From NCBI GenBank assembly GCA_019057385.1, contig JAHQJS010000004.1:256001-320000 (forward strand): a DNA stretch of 64,000 nt, given 5' to 3'. The notes beneath the pieces were generated by a model that worked only from the letters and a program-made list of their open reading frames with translations, ran no database searches and was not told the DNA's origin. Within the stretch, counting starts at the first letter, position 1. Each line of letters begins with the position of its first letter. The translations under genes were made by a program, and so were the position numbers. Source of the DNA: Candidatus Borrarchaeum weybense (GTDB lineage Archaea > Asgardarchaeota > Sifarchaeia > Borrarchaeales > Borrarchaeaceae). Positions 1 to 10,644 of the stretch are shown piece after piece.

Positions 1-2
1 AA

Positions 3-410
3 AACCTAGATTGGAGTAGATTCGAATATACTTTTGCTGGTAATACTCCCTTTGAATTTGAAAATATTTGTCATATTCGTCCTCAGCCTTCAAAAGCACT
101 GGGAAGCATATTGCGTAATCATGACATCTACATTACTGCTAGTAAGAATGATCCTTGTTCAAATGCCCTTATTGAAGCTTTAGCATGTGGCTTACCCTCA
201 CTTTATCTGAATGAAGGAGGTCATCCTGAGATAGTAGGATATGGAGGACTTGGATTTAACAAAAAGGAAGAGATTCTGCCGTTATTAAATCGCTTAGTGA
301 AGAATTATGAGTTATATCAAAACCTAATTTCAATTCCTACTCTGGATGAAATAACAGAGAAATATCTATCACTTTATAAAGTGTGGAAGACCTTGAAGAA
401 CGTCAATTAA
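3..410 (+). CDS. GT4-type glycosyltransferase, C-terminal part (5' truncated by window)
   Basis: Frame is open from base 3; GT4-like motif DPCSNALIEALACGLP. Confidence 0.85.
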   Translation, partial: NLDWSRFEYTFAGNTPFEFENICHIRPQPSKALGSILRNHDIYITASKNDPCSNALIEALACGLPSLYLNEGGHPEIVGYGGLGFNKKEEILPLLNRLVKNYELYQNLISIPTLDEITEKYLSLYKVWKTLKNVN

Positions 411-520
411 CTTTAATGCTAGCTGCAATAAAAGATAATAGCTTTCAGTATTGTTTATTAAAGGCTTTTAAAACTCTTGAGTGAGACTGAAAAGATCAAG
501 TCCAAAAAGGGAGCAGACAA

Positions 521-1633
521 ATGAAGTTATTGATGATTGGATTTGATGGACTGGAGCCTTCCATGATCACCAAATTTCCAACATTTAGAAAATTTCGAAA
601 GAAAATCCACCTGTTACGTACTGTGCCAAGTACAATGACTGAGGAGGCGTGGGGCGCGATGTATACAGGCAGATCTCCTTCAGAGATCAACGTTATCGCC
701 CTGTCTCGCGATCCAGATAGAGTTTCAACGTTAAAAGGGATCGGTGCACAGACAATATTTGAGGCTTTAGGAGAAGCAGGATTACAAATTGGATGTATTG
801 GGATGCCAATGACGTTCCCTGTTAAAAATATCGATGCTTTCATGGTTGCCGGTTTTCCGATTACGGCTCCTCAATATCGGGATGATGATGAGTATTTCTA
901 CCCGCCTTCTATCAAAGAAATCGTCTTATCAACCTATTGTGCGTACTTATGGGCTAATGAGAAAATACCTCCGCGTAAAGAAGCTGTAACATTTGAAGCG
1001 ATTGAGCATTCAATTGAAAGAGAATTGGAAAAAATAACTTGTATTCGCCAAATATTGAAGGAACTTGATTATTCCGATTTGGATTTCTTAGCAATTGGTT
1101 TTTCTTTTACCGATATTGCGGCTCATTGCCGCAGAATTTTTCCCATTGATCAAACTTATAAAGCAGCAGACAAGGCGCTAAAAGAGATTTTTAAGTTCTT
1201 TGAATTCGATAATTTGCTAATCGTCAGTGATCACGGATTAGCTATGGTGCCTTGGAGAGGAGAACCATTTAGAGAAAACCCTGAAACTACACATCGCCGG
1301 TATGGGACATTGATTTGTGTAGGAAAGGATATTGAACTCGCACTAAAACGAATCAAAAACAGAAGATATCTACAGTTTATCAGGAAAATGCGAAGCCGTC
1401 CAATTTCGTTCATATTAAAACTTATCCGAAAACTAAAGCGTGCATGGAAATTTAGAGAATATGGGATATTGTTTTATCTACTTAATTCTTTCGATATCAC
1501 TGATGTGTATAGTCTTATAACCCACGTCTACGGACTCCCACAGGAATCAAAACTTGTGAAGCAAGAAGGTGAATACACTGAGGATGAACTCCGGTCAATC
1601 AAGAATCAGCTGGAACTCTTGGGATATATGTGA
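521..1633 (+). CDS. Alkaline phosphatase superfamily (type I phosphodiesterase/NPP-like) protein
   Basis: IGFDGL, T..AW..MYTG nucleophile region, IVSDHG, H...G.LI..G, C-terminal LELLGY. Confidence 0.85.
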   Translation: MKLLMIGFDGLEPSMITKFPTFRKFRKKIHLLRTVPSTMTEEAWGAMYTGRSPSEINVIALSRDPDRVSTLKGIGAQTIFEALGEAGLQIGCIGMPMTFPVKNIDAFMVAGFPITAPQYRDDDEYFYPPSIKEIVLSTYCAYLWANEKIPPRKEAVTFEAIEHSIERELEKITCIRQILKELDYSDLDFLAIGFSFTDIAAHCRRIFPIDQTYKAADKALKEIFKFFEFDNLLIVSDHGLAMVPWRGEPFRENPETTHRRYGTLICVGKDIELALKRIKNRRYLQFIRKMRSRPISFILKLIRKLKRAWKFREYGILFYLLNSFDITDVYSLITHVYGLPQESKLVKQEGEYTEDELRSIKNQLELLGYM

Positions 1634-1748
1634 ACTTTGAACAAGCGCACTAGTGATCAATTTTTATTAAAATATCCTCTAATTAAAAGAACGAGCAAAT
1701 TAAATTCTTGAAATGTTATTTAAGTGAGGCTAGATTGATCTGAGTGGT

Positions 1749-2804
1749 TTGATTATGATCAATGAACCGATTATTAGTGTAGTAACGGCAGTTTATAACA
1801 GCGAAAAATATGTTCGTGAAGCTGTAGACAGCATTCTCAATCAGACTTTTAGAAATTTCGAGTTTATTATCATAAATGATGGATCTACCGATAAAACACA
1901 AGAAATTCTTGAGTCTTACAATGACCCACGCATTGTTCTGACTCATCAAAAACATATGGGGCTTACAAAATCATTAAACAAAGGAATCGCTCTAGCAAAG
2001 GGAAAATACATTGCACGACAAGATGCTGATGATATATCACTGCTGGATAGGCTCGAAAAGCAAATCGAATTTTTGGAACTTCACAAGGATATTGCACTCC
2101 TTGGTACTGCAGCTAAAATCATAGATATCAGAGGCTTTTATCTAAAAACAATCAAATACCCAATAGACCACTCTTCTCTAAGGATCGCTATTAAACATTC
2201 TAATCACTTTTGGCATGGTTCGGTGATGTTCAGAAGGCAAAGCTTTTTTGAATTAGGAGGATATCGAGAAATACTCTTTACAGCACAAGATTACGACCTA
2301 TGGTTGAGGTTTGTGGAGAAATTCAAGGTTGCAAATCTATCAGATCCTCTCTACAAATATCGTCTTAACTATCTTTCACTTTCCTTCAAAAAAATTGTTT
2401 ATCAAAGGAGAATGGCAATATTTGCAAGAGAATTGGCTCGTGCAAGAAAAGAAGGGATTGAAGAGAAGTTGATCATCAATGTATTGGAGAATTTCTTGAA
2501 ACTACCCTTGAGCGTAGCTGAAAAGAGAGAACTCATTCAAATTTACAACCCATGGGGTCGATTGTTATTGAGACATAAAAAGAAAAACCAAGCCTTTTTA
2601 TTGATGAATGAGATTTTTGAATATCATCCTTCTAGTCTATTTAAATTACTTTTTAAAATCACAAAAACGTTCAAGTCAGCATTCTTTCTTGAGGTGCTTA
2701 TAAGAATGTGGTTCTTCCTTGAGAAACTTAGAGGATTAAGAAAAACGTCACAATATTTTGAATACACTACTGTCCCTCTACTCCCGCTAGATTTTTCTTA
2801 TTAG
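1749..2804 (+). CDS. GT2 glycosyltransferase
   Basis: IINDGSTD, ARQDADD, AQDYDLW motifs. Confidence 0.92.
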   Translation: MIMINEPIISVVTAVYNSEKYVREAVDSILNQTFRNFEFIIINDGSTDKTQEILESYNDPRIVLTHQKHMGLTKSLNKGIALAKGKYIARQDADDISLLDRLEKQIEFLELHKDIALLGTAAKIIDIRGFYLKTIKYPIDHSSLRIAIKHSNHFWHGSVMFRRQSFFELGGYREILFTAQDYDLWLRFVEKFKVANLSDPLYKYRLNYLSLSFKKIVYQRRMAIFARELARARKEGIEEKLIINVLENFLKLPLSVAEKRELIQIYNPWGRLLLRHKKKNQAFLLMNEIFEYHPSSLFKLLFKITKTFKSAFFLEVLIRMWFFLEKLRGLRKTSQYFEYTTVPLLPLDFSY

Positions 2805-2833
2805 CATCTGTCAGTTTTAATCTACTTTCCAAA

Positions 2834-5023
2834 TTATCTGAACCATTGCTTTAGTCTTACTATCGCTCTAAACGAGAGATATGCAGCAGCATTCAATAGA
2901 AGAAAGATCGCTGCAAGCGCTATTCCGAAAAAGAGACCTGGAATTGCACTATTTATAAGCGTATAGGGATTCATCTCACCAAGGCGCATTAATCCTCTTG
3001 CTAACACTGGAATCATAATTATATACACAGGCGTGCGTAACCTTCTTGAGAGTTTCCTGGTTATCGTTAATGGAACCACAGAAGCGAAGAAGAGCATTAT
3101 GCCACGTGAGTAATTCCCTAATTCTAAGAACTCAGAGAATGTAAGAAGAAACAGTGATATGTCTGCAGCCAATATTCGAGGGGCTCCGGTTACGGGGCCA
3201 ATGCCCGATGTAACAAAAACCACTGCCAATCCTATAATGAATGGACCAAAATAGGGGGATACCGTAAGTACACCTATCCCTCCTAATAGGCAAACAAAAA
3301 GTGTGAAATCGAGTTTTATGATATTGTTGTTGTGATTAATTAGGATTATTGTAACTATTCCTAAGGCGCTGAATGCAGCACGCAAAAGATTGCCTCCTCC
3401 AAAAGAAGGAAACGGTGGAGGAAGGCTTGGAAGGTATCCAACCAAAGTCATTGGATATCCGTCAACAACTCCTGATGCACCATGAACTGCAGGAAGGACT
3501 GTTAATAACTTGCCTACAGAAAAGAGAGAAATCATACTAAAAGAAAATACCGCGAAAGTTGATAAAATCGCTTGTAAAAACACTTCAGTCATTGATTTTG
3601 TAGATGGAGGTGTCGCGGCTGCAGTTACTACCATTCCAGCAGCATAGAAATGTAACAGGGATAGAAATGCAATAATGGAGCAGGTTTCTATAAATAGTTC
3701 AGAAGATGGTTCATATAACCGATGAAGTTTTTGTCTCTGTTTGTATATACTTCCAACATGTCCATTTACACTGTTCAATGGAATTATCCTTAAATTATCG
3801 CCCCTTCCAGCATTGAATTCTTTAAGTATCGCTGATGCAAGTGGAGTGCCTTGCTGTTCCTCTAATATTATTAATCTTACACCTGATTCAGAAGATACAA
3901 TGATATCATCTACGATATATTGCGCTGGATTTGGATGATATCCTACGATGAAGATATCAATTTGTTTCACATCTCGTAATTGATTTAATCGTTTTTGAAC
4001 TGACCAATAGTGAAATATCTTCGCATGTGGATATTTAACGTGAATATTATCGGATATTTCGTTAAAATTGTCTGCGATGACAACAATTGTTGCATCTGGA
4101 TTGGGTCCTACTGATATTGATAATGAAACCATTAGCATAGTTGTAAATATATAGAACGCAATAGCAAAGCGCATAGGCTGAATCTGACGAATCATGTAAT
4201 TGCATTTTTTATAAATGCCTGATCGGGTGATTTTCCTTATACTTCGTTGGAAATATCTTTGTGTAGTTGATATATACATAAATGGGATGATCAGGAAGGC
4301 TGGAATTGAGAGAAGCGTCGAATAAATCTTCAATCTCTTGGGTTGATAGGCAATATGTAGATAAAGCCCACTGTTCACTCTCACGGTAAGTTCGCGTTCA
4401 GTATATCTGATAGTAGAATCTTCCCTTACTCCCCAGGGAAATCCATACAAAAATTCGGCATCAATTGGCAGTATAAACGACATGTAGTATTGGACATCAT
4501 AGGAAAGATTGTTAATTCTAATAAATCCAATCGTTGATTCCGCATAGTAGATTTTCATATAATTCCGATACATTATCGAAAGTAAGTTTTGTTCTTCGTA
4601 TTCTACAGAGATTTTGGCATAGCCTGTCGTTCTCGGGATATTAAATTCTATCACGTTATGACCCCAAACGTCTTGGCCATACTTATACGAAATGAATGAT
4701 GGATTTCGAATTGCTTTTACTTCTCCAAAGTAGGGAACTGAGAGAACAGGGTTTGTTTCAGGATGTTTTATGATGAATATTTCTGCATCAATGACGGTAG
4801 AGGACGTTGGTTCGCCATATACTGCAAACTGATCGCTTAGATAAAACGTCTGAGTTATAAATGCAGTATTTTTCGTAATATCTGGCACTTGGTTTTTTGA
4901 ATCTGCGGGGACAAGTGTTGTATTATTAACGTGAGAAATAGAAGTCGCGCTGCTATATGACGATAAAACGAATAATGTAGAAATTATAATGACCAATAAT
5001 ATGAAAATTCGCCGTTGTTTCAT
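2834..5023 (-). CDS. Large polytopic membrane protein of unknown function with N-terminal signal/anchor and extracellular domain
   Basis: 729-aa ORF; signal-like N-terminus, soluble domains and many C-terminal hydrophobic helices. Confidence 0.7.
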   Translation of the reverse strand: MKQRRIFILLVIIISTLFVLSSYSSATSISHVNNTTLVPADSKNQVPDITKNTAFITQTFYLSDQFAVYGEPTSSTVIDAEIFIIKHPETNPVLSVPYFGEVKAIRNPSFISYKYGQDVWGHNVIEFNIPRTTGYAKISVEYEEQNLLSIMYRNYMKIYYAESTIGFIRINNLSYDVQYYMSFILPIDAEFLYGFPWGVREDSTIRYTERELTVRVNSGLYLHIAYQPKRLKIYSTLLSIPAFLIIPFMYISTTQRYFQRSIRKITRSGIYKKCNYMIRQIQPMRFAIAFYIFTTMLMVSLSISVGPNPDATIVVIADNFNEISDNIHVKYPHAKIFHYWSVQKRLNQLRDVKQIDIFIVGYHPNPAQYIVDDIIVSSESGVRLIILEEQQGTPLASAILKEFNAGRGDNLRIIPLNSVNGHVGSIYKQRQKLHRLYEPSSELFIETCSIIAFLSLLHFYAAGMVVTAAATPPSTKSMTEVFLQAILSTFAVFSFSMISLFSVGKLLTVLPAVHGASGVVDGYPMTLVGYLPSLPPPFPSFGGGNLLRAAFSALGIVTIILINHNNNIIKLDFTLFVCLLGGIGVLTVSPYFGPFIIGLAVVFVTSGIGPVTGAPRILAADISLFLLTFSEFLELGNYSRGIMLFFASVVPLTITRKLSRRLRTPVYIIMIPVLARGLMRLGEMNPYTLINSAIPGLFFGIALAAIFLLLNAAAYLSFRAIVRLKQWFR

Positions 5024-5071
5024 TCTAACGCCTATTAACTTACTTTCATTTTTTTTTAAGTCTTCTGATTA

Positions 5072-6226
5072 TTACTTTAATTCCAAATAAATCTTTTCAA
5101 GTTGTGCTGCTAATTCTTCGTATGTATATTGTCTTGCTTTTTTTCTTCCTGCGTTTCCAAGTGCTTTACTTAATTCTGGGGTAAGAAGAATTTGTTTTAT
5201 TTTAGAGGCTAATTCCCCATAATCTCCATATTTTACTAAAAATCCTTCTTTTTTGTCAGTCACTACATTTGGAATGCTTCCAGCATTTGTAGCAACAATA
5301 GGCTTTCCTTGAGCCATCGCTTCAACTAAAACTTGACCAAATCCTTCGTATCCACTAGGTAAAACAAAAACATCACACGAAGCATAAGCCTGCATTTTTT
5401 CTTTAATATTGTAGATCGGATCAAAGATATGTACATAATCTTCTACATGAAGTTTTTTACTTAGATTTTCAAGAATTTTTTTGTAGTTAACTTGGTCTGG
5501 TCCTATAATAACAAATTTTGCATCTGGTATATCCTTAATAATATTTGGAACTGCTTTTATTAGGACTTGTGGACCTTTCATCGGATGAAGCCTGCCTAAG
5601 TATAATATAATAGGTCCATCAATTCCATATCTCTTCTTGAAAATATCGCCATTATATTCTTCAAGACTTTCTGATCGTATCCCTGAGGGTGTAATCCTTA
5701 TTTGGTCCTTTTTGGCACCCATTTTTAGAATCGGATCTATTAAAAGACTGGTTCGAATTAAAAGCCTGTCATAACGCCTTAAAACCATTCGCGAAAAATA
5801 CTTATCAAAAAGCGCTAATGGAATATACTTAACTGGGCGTCGTGGTACAAGATGATGAATATCATAAATCATTAGGACTGTTCTTATATCTTTTAATAGG
5901 TTTAATAAGGGTACAAGCATCGCATGCGTCGTTATATAGTCGTATACATGGATTACATCGAATTTCTCTCTCAAAATTCGAAATAGAAGTGTTGGCCAAA
6001 ACTTTAGCCGATAACTAATATCAAGTAGGATTGGCAGCCGATGAATGTGTATTCCTTCGAAGATTTCTTCCGAAGGCCCTAATGATTTCCCATCTTTAGC
6101 ATTTACTGTAAAAATGTGAACCTCATGACCTCTTTTGACTAACTCTTTCGAAATATTACGTATATACCACTCTATGCCGCCTATCATTGCAGGATAAAAA
6201 TATACGCTCACTTGCGCGATTTTCAT
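5072..6226 (-). CDS. GT4 glycosyltransferase
   Basis: GGIE, YLGRLHPMKG, EGFGQVLVEAMAQGKP. Confidence 0.93.
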   Translation of the reverse strand: MKIAQVSVYFYPAMIGGIEWYIRNISKELVKRGHEVHIFTVNAKDGKSLGPSEEIFEGIHIHRLPILLDISYRLKFWPTLLFRILREKFDVIHVYDYITTHAMLVPLLNLLKDIRTVLMIYDIHHLVPRRPVKYIPLALFDKYFSRMVLRRYDRLLIRTSLLIDPILKMGAKKDQIRITPSGIRSESLEEYNGDIFKKRYGIDGPIILYLGRLHPMKGPQVLIKAVPNIIKDIPDAKFVIIGPDQVNYKKILENLSKKLHVEDYVHIFDPIYNIKEKMQAYASCDVFVLPSGYEGFGQVLVEAMAQGKPIVATNAGSIPNVVTDKKEGFLVKYGDYGELASKIKQILLTPELSKALGNAGRKKARQYTYEELAAQLEKIYLELK

Positions 6227-6354
6227 TTTCTATGAGATCCCTCATTAAATAAATTATATAGATTTAGTGGTATTGATGATGAACTATTTATCTTCTTAAG
6301 TGAAATTGATTACTCAATATTGATTATAATTATGTCTCGTAGTGGGATGATCCA

Positions 6355-7377
6355 TTGAATATCACGACATCTGATTCTAGTAATTCGCCTGTAAATGTTT
6401 CTGTGATATTATCATTCTATAATGATGAAAATTATGTTAAGGATTGTCTACAATCTCTAGTGATGCAAGACCTGAGTTCATTTGAAATCATTTGTTTATT
6501 TGACAAGGGAAGCACTGATCGAACTTATAAAGAGTTAAAGAAATTTGAATATGAACCTAGAATAATCATCTGTGAAATTGATCATGTTGATAGATCCACA
6601 GCAAGAAACATTGGGCTTTCGAGATCCAATGGCAGTATAGTAGTATTTTGTGAAACAGACGCGTTATATCGACCTGATTTTCTTTCAACGATATACAAAA
6701 CAATTAGCAAAGGTTATGATATGGTTCATCCGATTGGAGATGGTCTCAATGTAGCTAATAACCTTACTAGTTTGCTAGAGGCAGAGATATGGGCAAGAAA
6801 TAGAAAAATGAAAGAAGGCACAAATACGCCTCAATCTGCGTGGGTCTTTAAAAGGCATATACTTGAGGAAACTGGTGGGTTCAAACAAAGTGTAGAAATA
6901 GCTGAAGATAGAGAATTATGGGCTCGTGCATCTAAACTTGGTTATACAACTGCTATAACACCTCACGAAGTATGGAGTCATCGTCTTACAGATTCTTGGA
7001 TACAGTTTTTAAAACGCTCATTCAGACATGGCAGAGGGCGACAGGCATTCATAGACACTTACGGTTTATCAAAAAGAGACAAGATTCGGTTCTTTTTTAC
7101 ACTTTTTGGCACACTTTTTATTCCCTGCTTGATCTGGCTGCTTCAACGCTTTTTTGTATCATTAATCATTGGATTTACGTTAGCATTTGTACTATTCTAT
7201 TTTCTAATGACAATAAGAGCAAGATATCTTTTCAAAAACAAATTAGACTTGAGAGTTCTTGTTTTGTATCCCCTTTTAATGTTAATTCGCAACCTTTTTT
7301 TTAGTTATGGCTTATTAATTTCCGTTGTATCATTATACTTAACTCGTTTTTGGAGAACTATCAGAAAGATTAATTAG
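6355..7377 (+). CDS. GT2 glycosyltransferase with C-terminal TM helices
   Basis: DKGSTD, ARNIG, ETD (DxD-like), GGF..AED; hydrophobic C-terminus. Confidence 0.85.
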   Translation: MNITTSDSSNSPVNVSVILSFYNDENYVKDCLQSLVMQDLSSFEIICLFDKGSTDRTYKELKKFEYEPRIIICEIDHVDRSTARNIGLSRSNGSIVVFCETDALYRPDFLSTIYKTISKGYDMVHPIGDGLNVANNLTSLLEAEIWARNRKMKEGTNTPQSAWVFKRHILEETGGFKQSVEIAEDRELWARASKLGYTTAITPHEVWSHRLTDSWIQFLKRSFRHGRGRQAFIDTYGLSKRDKIRFFFTLFGTLFIPCLIWLLQRFFVSLIIGFTLAFVLFYFLMTIRARYLFKNKLDLRVLVLYPLLMLIRNLFFSYGLLISVVSLYLTRFWRTIRKIN

Positions 7378-7414
7378 TAAATTTACTATCCTCCAACAAT
7401 TTGAGGGATCTTTC

Positions 7415-8632
7415 TTGCGAGGTAATGATAAAATAGTTTGTCGACTGGTCAGATCCTTTCCACAAAAAGGTCGAATGACTTTTGGGTTAGAACCGGTATT
7501 CTATTTTATTTCCAAAGAGCAGGTCAAACTAGGGGCTGAAGTTCACGTAATTGCTGCAATAGATAAACACACTCCTCAATTAGAATCTCCTGATGGCATT
7601 ATTGTACATAGAGTAAGAAATCCGTATAATTTCTATGCAATTAAAAAACTAAAGGAATTAGATAAATCAAGAGGCATTGATATAGTTCACACACATGCCA
7701 CAGCGAGTCTTCTATACAGCCTAACAAGACGTTTTACTACTGTAAAGAAACCATTATTTAATCATATTCACACTACCACACTTGGGGGTATGGCACAGGA
7801 TATTGCCTCACCTGTACAATATTCATTTTCTGCTGCAATAAGGACAAATTTTTGGAATAAGTTTTCTCTTTTAAGACAAAACGCTATGTGGAAGAGAGCT
7901 GATATTTTAATTGCAGTTAGTAATGCAATAAAAGAGGAATTAGTGCAATATTATGGAATTCCAAGCCAAAAAATCCGTGTTATACATAATGGAGTAGATA
8001 TTGATTTATTTCATAAAGTAAAAGAAGGTTTAAAACTAAAGGAACAACTTGGTTTAAGTGAAAAAAGAGTAGTGCTTTTTGTTGGACATTTTGGTCTAAG
8101 AAAAGGTCTTCCTTACTTATTAAAAGCGATACCAAAGGTTTCCAAACGTATTCCGAATGTATTTTTTCTGGCAGTTGGAGGGACACCGAAATGGCTACGA
8201 ACAGATGTATACTGGAATATACTCAGAGAAAATATCAAAAATCTTAAGATTACTCCTTTTGTAGGATTGATGGATAAGATCCCAAATCAAGAATTACCGA
8301 AATATTATTCGATGGCAGATGTTTTTGTACTTCCAACTCTCTATGATCCATGTCCAAAAGTCATTCTTGAGGCAATGGCATGTGAAACTCCTATAATTGC
8401 ATCGAAGGTTTCAGGAATTCCTGAATTAATCAACGATGAACATGAGGGAATTCTTATTCCCTCAAAAAGCTCAAATCTACTTGCAGATAAGATAATAGAT
8501 CTCTTAGAGCATCAAGATGATGCCAAACTGATGGGAGAAAATGCAAGGTCACGAGTTGAAAACGATTTCACATGGAATTTATGTGCAAAAAAAATATTAC
8601 AACTATACAATGATGAATTAGAAGGTGCTTAA
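7415..8632 (+). CDS. GT4 glycosyltransferase
   Basis: IHNGVD, FVG...RKG, DPCPKVILEAMACETP. Confidence 0.92.
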   Translation: MRGNDKIVCRLVRSFPQKGRMTFGLEPVFYFISKEQVKLGAEVHVIAAIDKHTPQLESPDGIIVHRVRNPYNFYAIKKLKELDKSRGIDIVHTHATASLLYSLTRRFTTVKKPLFNHIHTTTLGGMAQDIASPVQYSFSAAIRTNFWNKFSLLRQNAMWKRADILIAVSNAIKEELVQYYGIPSQKIRVIHNGVDIDLFHKVKEGLKLKEQLGLSEKRVVLFVGHFGLRKGLPYLLKAIPKVSKRIPNVFFLAVGGTPKWLRTDVYWNILRENIKNLKITPFVGLMDKIPNQELPKYYSMADVFVLPTLYDPCPKVILEAMACETPIIASKVSGIPELINDEHEGILIPSKSSNLLADKIIDLLEHQDDAKLMGENARSRVENDFTWNLCAKKILQLYNDELEGA

Positions 8633-9589
8633 TTGAGCAGAAACGTATCATCATTGATTTCTGTCATCATTATCACATATAACCGTTGTAGAGAATTAGA
8701 GCGTTGTTTGGATTCGTTAATGGCTCAAAAAAATACAAATTTCGAAATTGTTGTAGTTGATGGTGGTTCAACAGATTGTACTATCGATCTAATTAAGCAG
8801 TATCCTATTAAGTTCGTTAGGGAATCAAAGAGATCTGGAATTTCAGCAGCACGTAATCTAGGTATTTCTAACAGTAAGGGTGGTATAGTTGTTTTTCTTG
8901 ATGATGATGCAATAGCTGAAAAGGACTGGTTAAAAAGCCTTGTTAAACCCTTTGAAGACGAAAGAATTGCTGGAGTAAGCGGAAAGGTAATTCCTATTAC
9001 AAATACTTTGTTCAATCGCGAATTTGCTCCTGATTATGATCAAGGTCCAGATATTAAAGAAACAAAATATTTTGTTGGATGTAACATGGCTTTCAGAAAA
9101 TCTGCTTTAATTGAGGCTGGTTATTTCGATACGAAAATAAAATATGGTCACGATGAAAATGAACTTTGTTCGAGACTTTTGAGTGCAGGTTATCTTTTAG
9201 TCTATACGCCTTATGCAGTAGCGCATCACGACTACGTTCCATCGTTTTCTGCGCTTCTTAGAAAGAAATTTAAGTTGGGAAAAAGTCGGGCATATTTGGA
9301 AAAAAAGTTGGGACATCATTCAGACAGTAAAAAAAGAATAATCTATATCATTCTAATTCCTGTTGCAATAGTTGTTCTCTCGCTGGGTGCTGTTTCGTTT
9401 TATTTAAGTATGTTTAAGCCATATTTTTGGTGTTCAGTATTTTTAACAATCTGTTACGTTGTCTTACTTACAGCCGTGATTAAATATAGATCAAAAAAAT
9501 CAATAATAGGCGCTTTTTTAACAATATTTACAGAATTTGTGAGAGAACTCGGGAAGATTTATGGCAGGTTATTCCCTCTAACAGATTAA
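8633..9589 (+). CDS. GT2 glycosyltransferase with C-terminal TM helices
   Basis: VVDGGSTD, ARNLG, FLDDD, GCNMAFRK. Confidence 0.92.
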   Translation: MSRNVSSLISVIIITYNRCRELERCLDSLMAQKNTNFEIVVVDGGSTDCTIDLIKQYPIKFVRESKRSGISAARNLGISNSKGGIVVFLDDDAIAEKDWLKSLVKPFEDERIAGVSGKVIPITNTLFNREFAPDYDQGPDIKETKYFVGCNMAFRKSALIEAGYFDTKIKYGHDENELCSRLLSAGYLLVYTPYAVAHHDYVPSFSALLRKKFKLGKSRAYLEKKLGHHSDSKKRIIYIILIPVAIVVLSLGAVSFYLSMFKPYFWCSVFLTICYVVLLTAVIKYRSKKSIIGAFLTIFTEFVRELGKIYGRLFPLTD

Positions 9590-9607
9590 ATTAAAGAAGG
9601 CACTATT

Positions 9608-10639
9608 ATGAGCTTCGTATCAATTGTAATTCCTACAAGAAACGAGGAAAAGAATATTGAGACGTGCCTACGAAGTATCCTTAACTTAGATTTTCCCCAA
9701 GAAAGGTATGAAATTCTCGTCATTGATGGAAAGTCCACTGATAGAACAGTTGAAATCGCATCGAAATATCCTGTCCGCATTATCGAAAATCCAAAATATA
9801 AGATAGGACCTGCACATAATATAGGCGTTAAGGAAGCTAAAGGCGATATTATCGCTTTTACTGATGCGGATGTAAGGGTAGATGTTCATTGGCTTACGTT
9901 TTTAGTTGAGCATTTCACTAATCCAGATGTTGGATGCGTAATTGGTGGACAAGCCTGCGTTTTTGGAGACAAATTCATCTCACAGATAAGAGCAGCATTT
10001 CATGACTATTATAACGCAAAGGTGTCCAATGCACTTAATAGAGAGCCACACAAAGTAACTTGGAGAAGTATGTCTACCTATGGGACTGCAATTAGAAAGG
10101 ATGCTCTTATCAAAATAGGGGGATTTGATGAAAGTATTGACTACCCAGACAAGGATATCGGCTATAGACTCTCACAAGATTATCAAATAATTAAGGACAG
10201 GAGAGCAGTAATTCGTCATTACCTTAACAAACCTTTCAAAAAGTATTGCAAACAAATTTATCGGACAAGTATCACAGAAGGGACACTATATAGACGATAT
10301 GGAGTTTTTCTTAATAAAAAATCAATTATCATTTCATTACTGGTCTTAACTTTACTCTTTGGCTATCTATTCTCCCCAATCCTCTTATTTGCATCCGTAA
10401 TATCCTCTATAAGAGCTTTTGGACTGTTATTTCTACCTATTATTGGATTGATAGGTTATTACTTTATCAAGGGGCTCAAAATTAAAATAAAGCAGAGAAT
10501 TGGTATAAAAGGACTTTTAGTCCTACCATTTGTTTCACTACTATTTATTATACTGAAAAGCTTTGGAATGATAAGAGGTCTAATACGACTTGATGTAAAG
10601 GGAATATATCCGCCAAGAGGCATAAAAATAGAAAGTTAA
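9608..10639 (+). CDS. GT2 glycosyltransferase with C-terminal TM helices
   Basis: VIDGKSTD, FTDAD, IGGFDE. Confidence 0.92.
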   Translation: MSFVSIVIPTRNEEKNIETCLRSILNLDFPQERYEILVIDGKSTDRTVEIASKYPVRIIENPKYKIGPAHNIGVKEAKGDIIAFTDADVRVDVHWLTFLVEHFTNPDVGCVIGGQACVFGDKFISQIRAAFHDYYNAKVSNALNREPHKVTWRSMSTYGTAIRKDALIKIGGFDESIDYPDKDIGYRLSQDYQIIKDRRAVIRHYLNKPFKKYCKQIYRTSITEGTLYRRYGVFLNKKSIIISLLVLTLLFGYLFSPILLFASVISSIRAFGLLFLPIIGLIGYYFIKGLKIKIKQRIGIKGLLVLPFVSLLFIILKSFGMIRGLIRLDVKGIYPPRGIKIES

Positions 10640-10644
10640 ATTCT

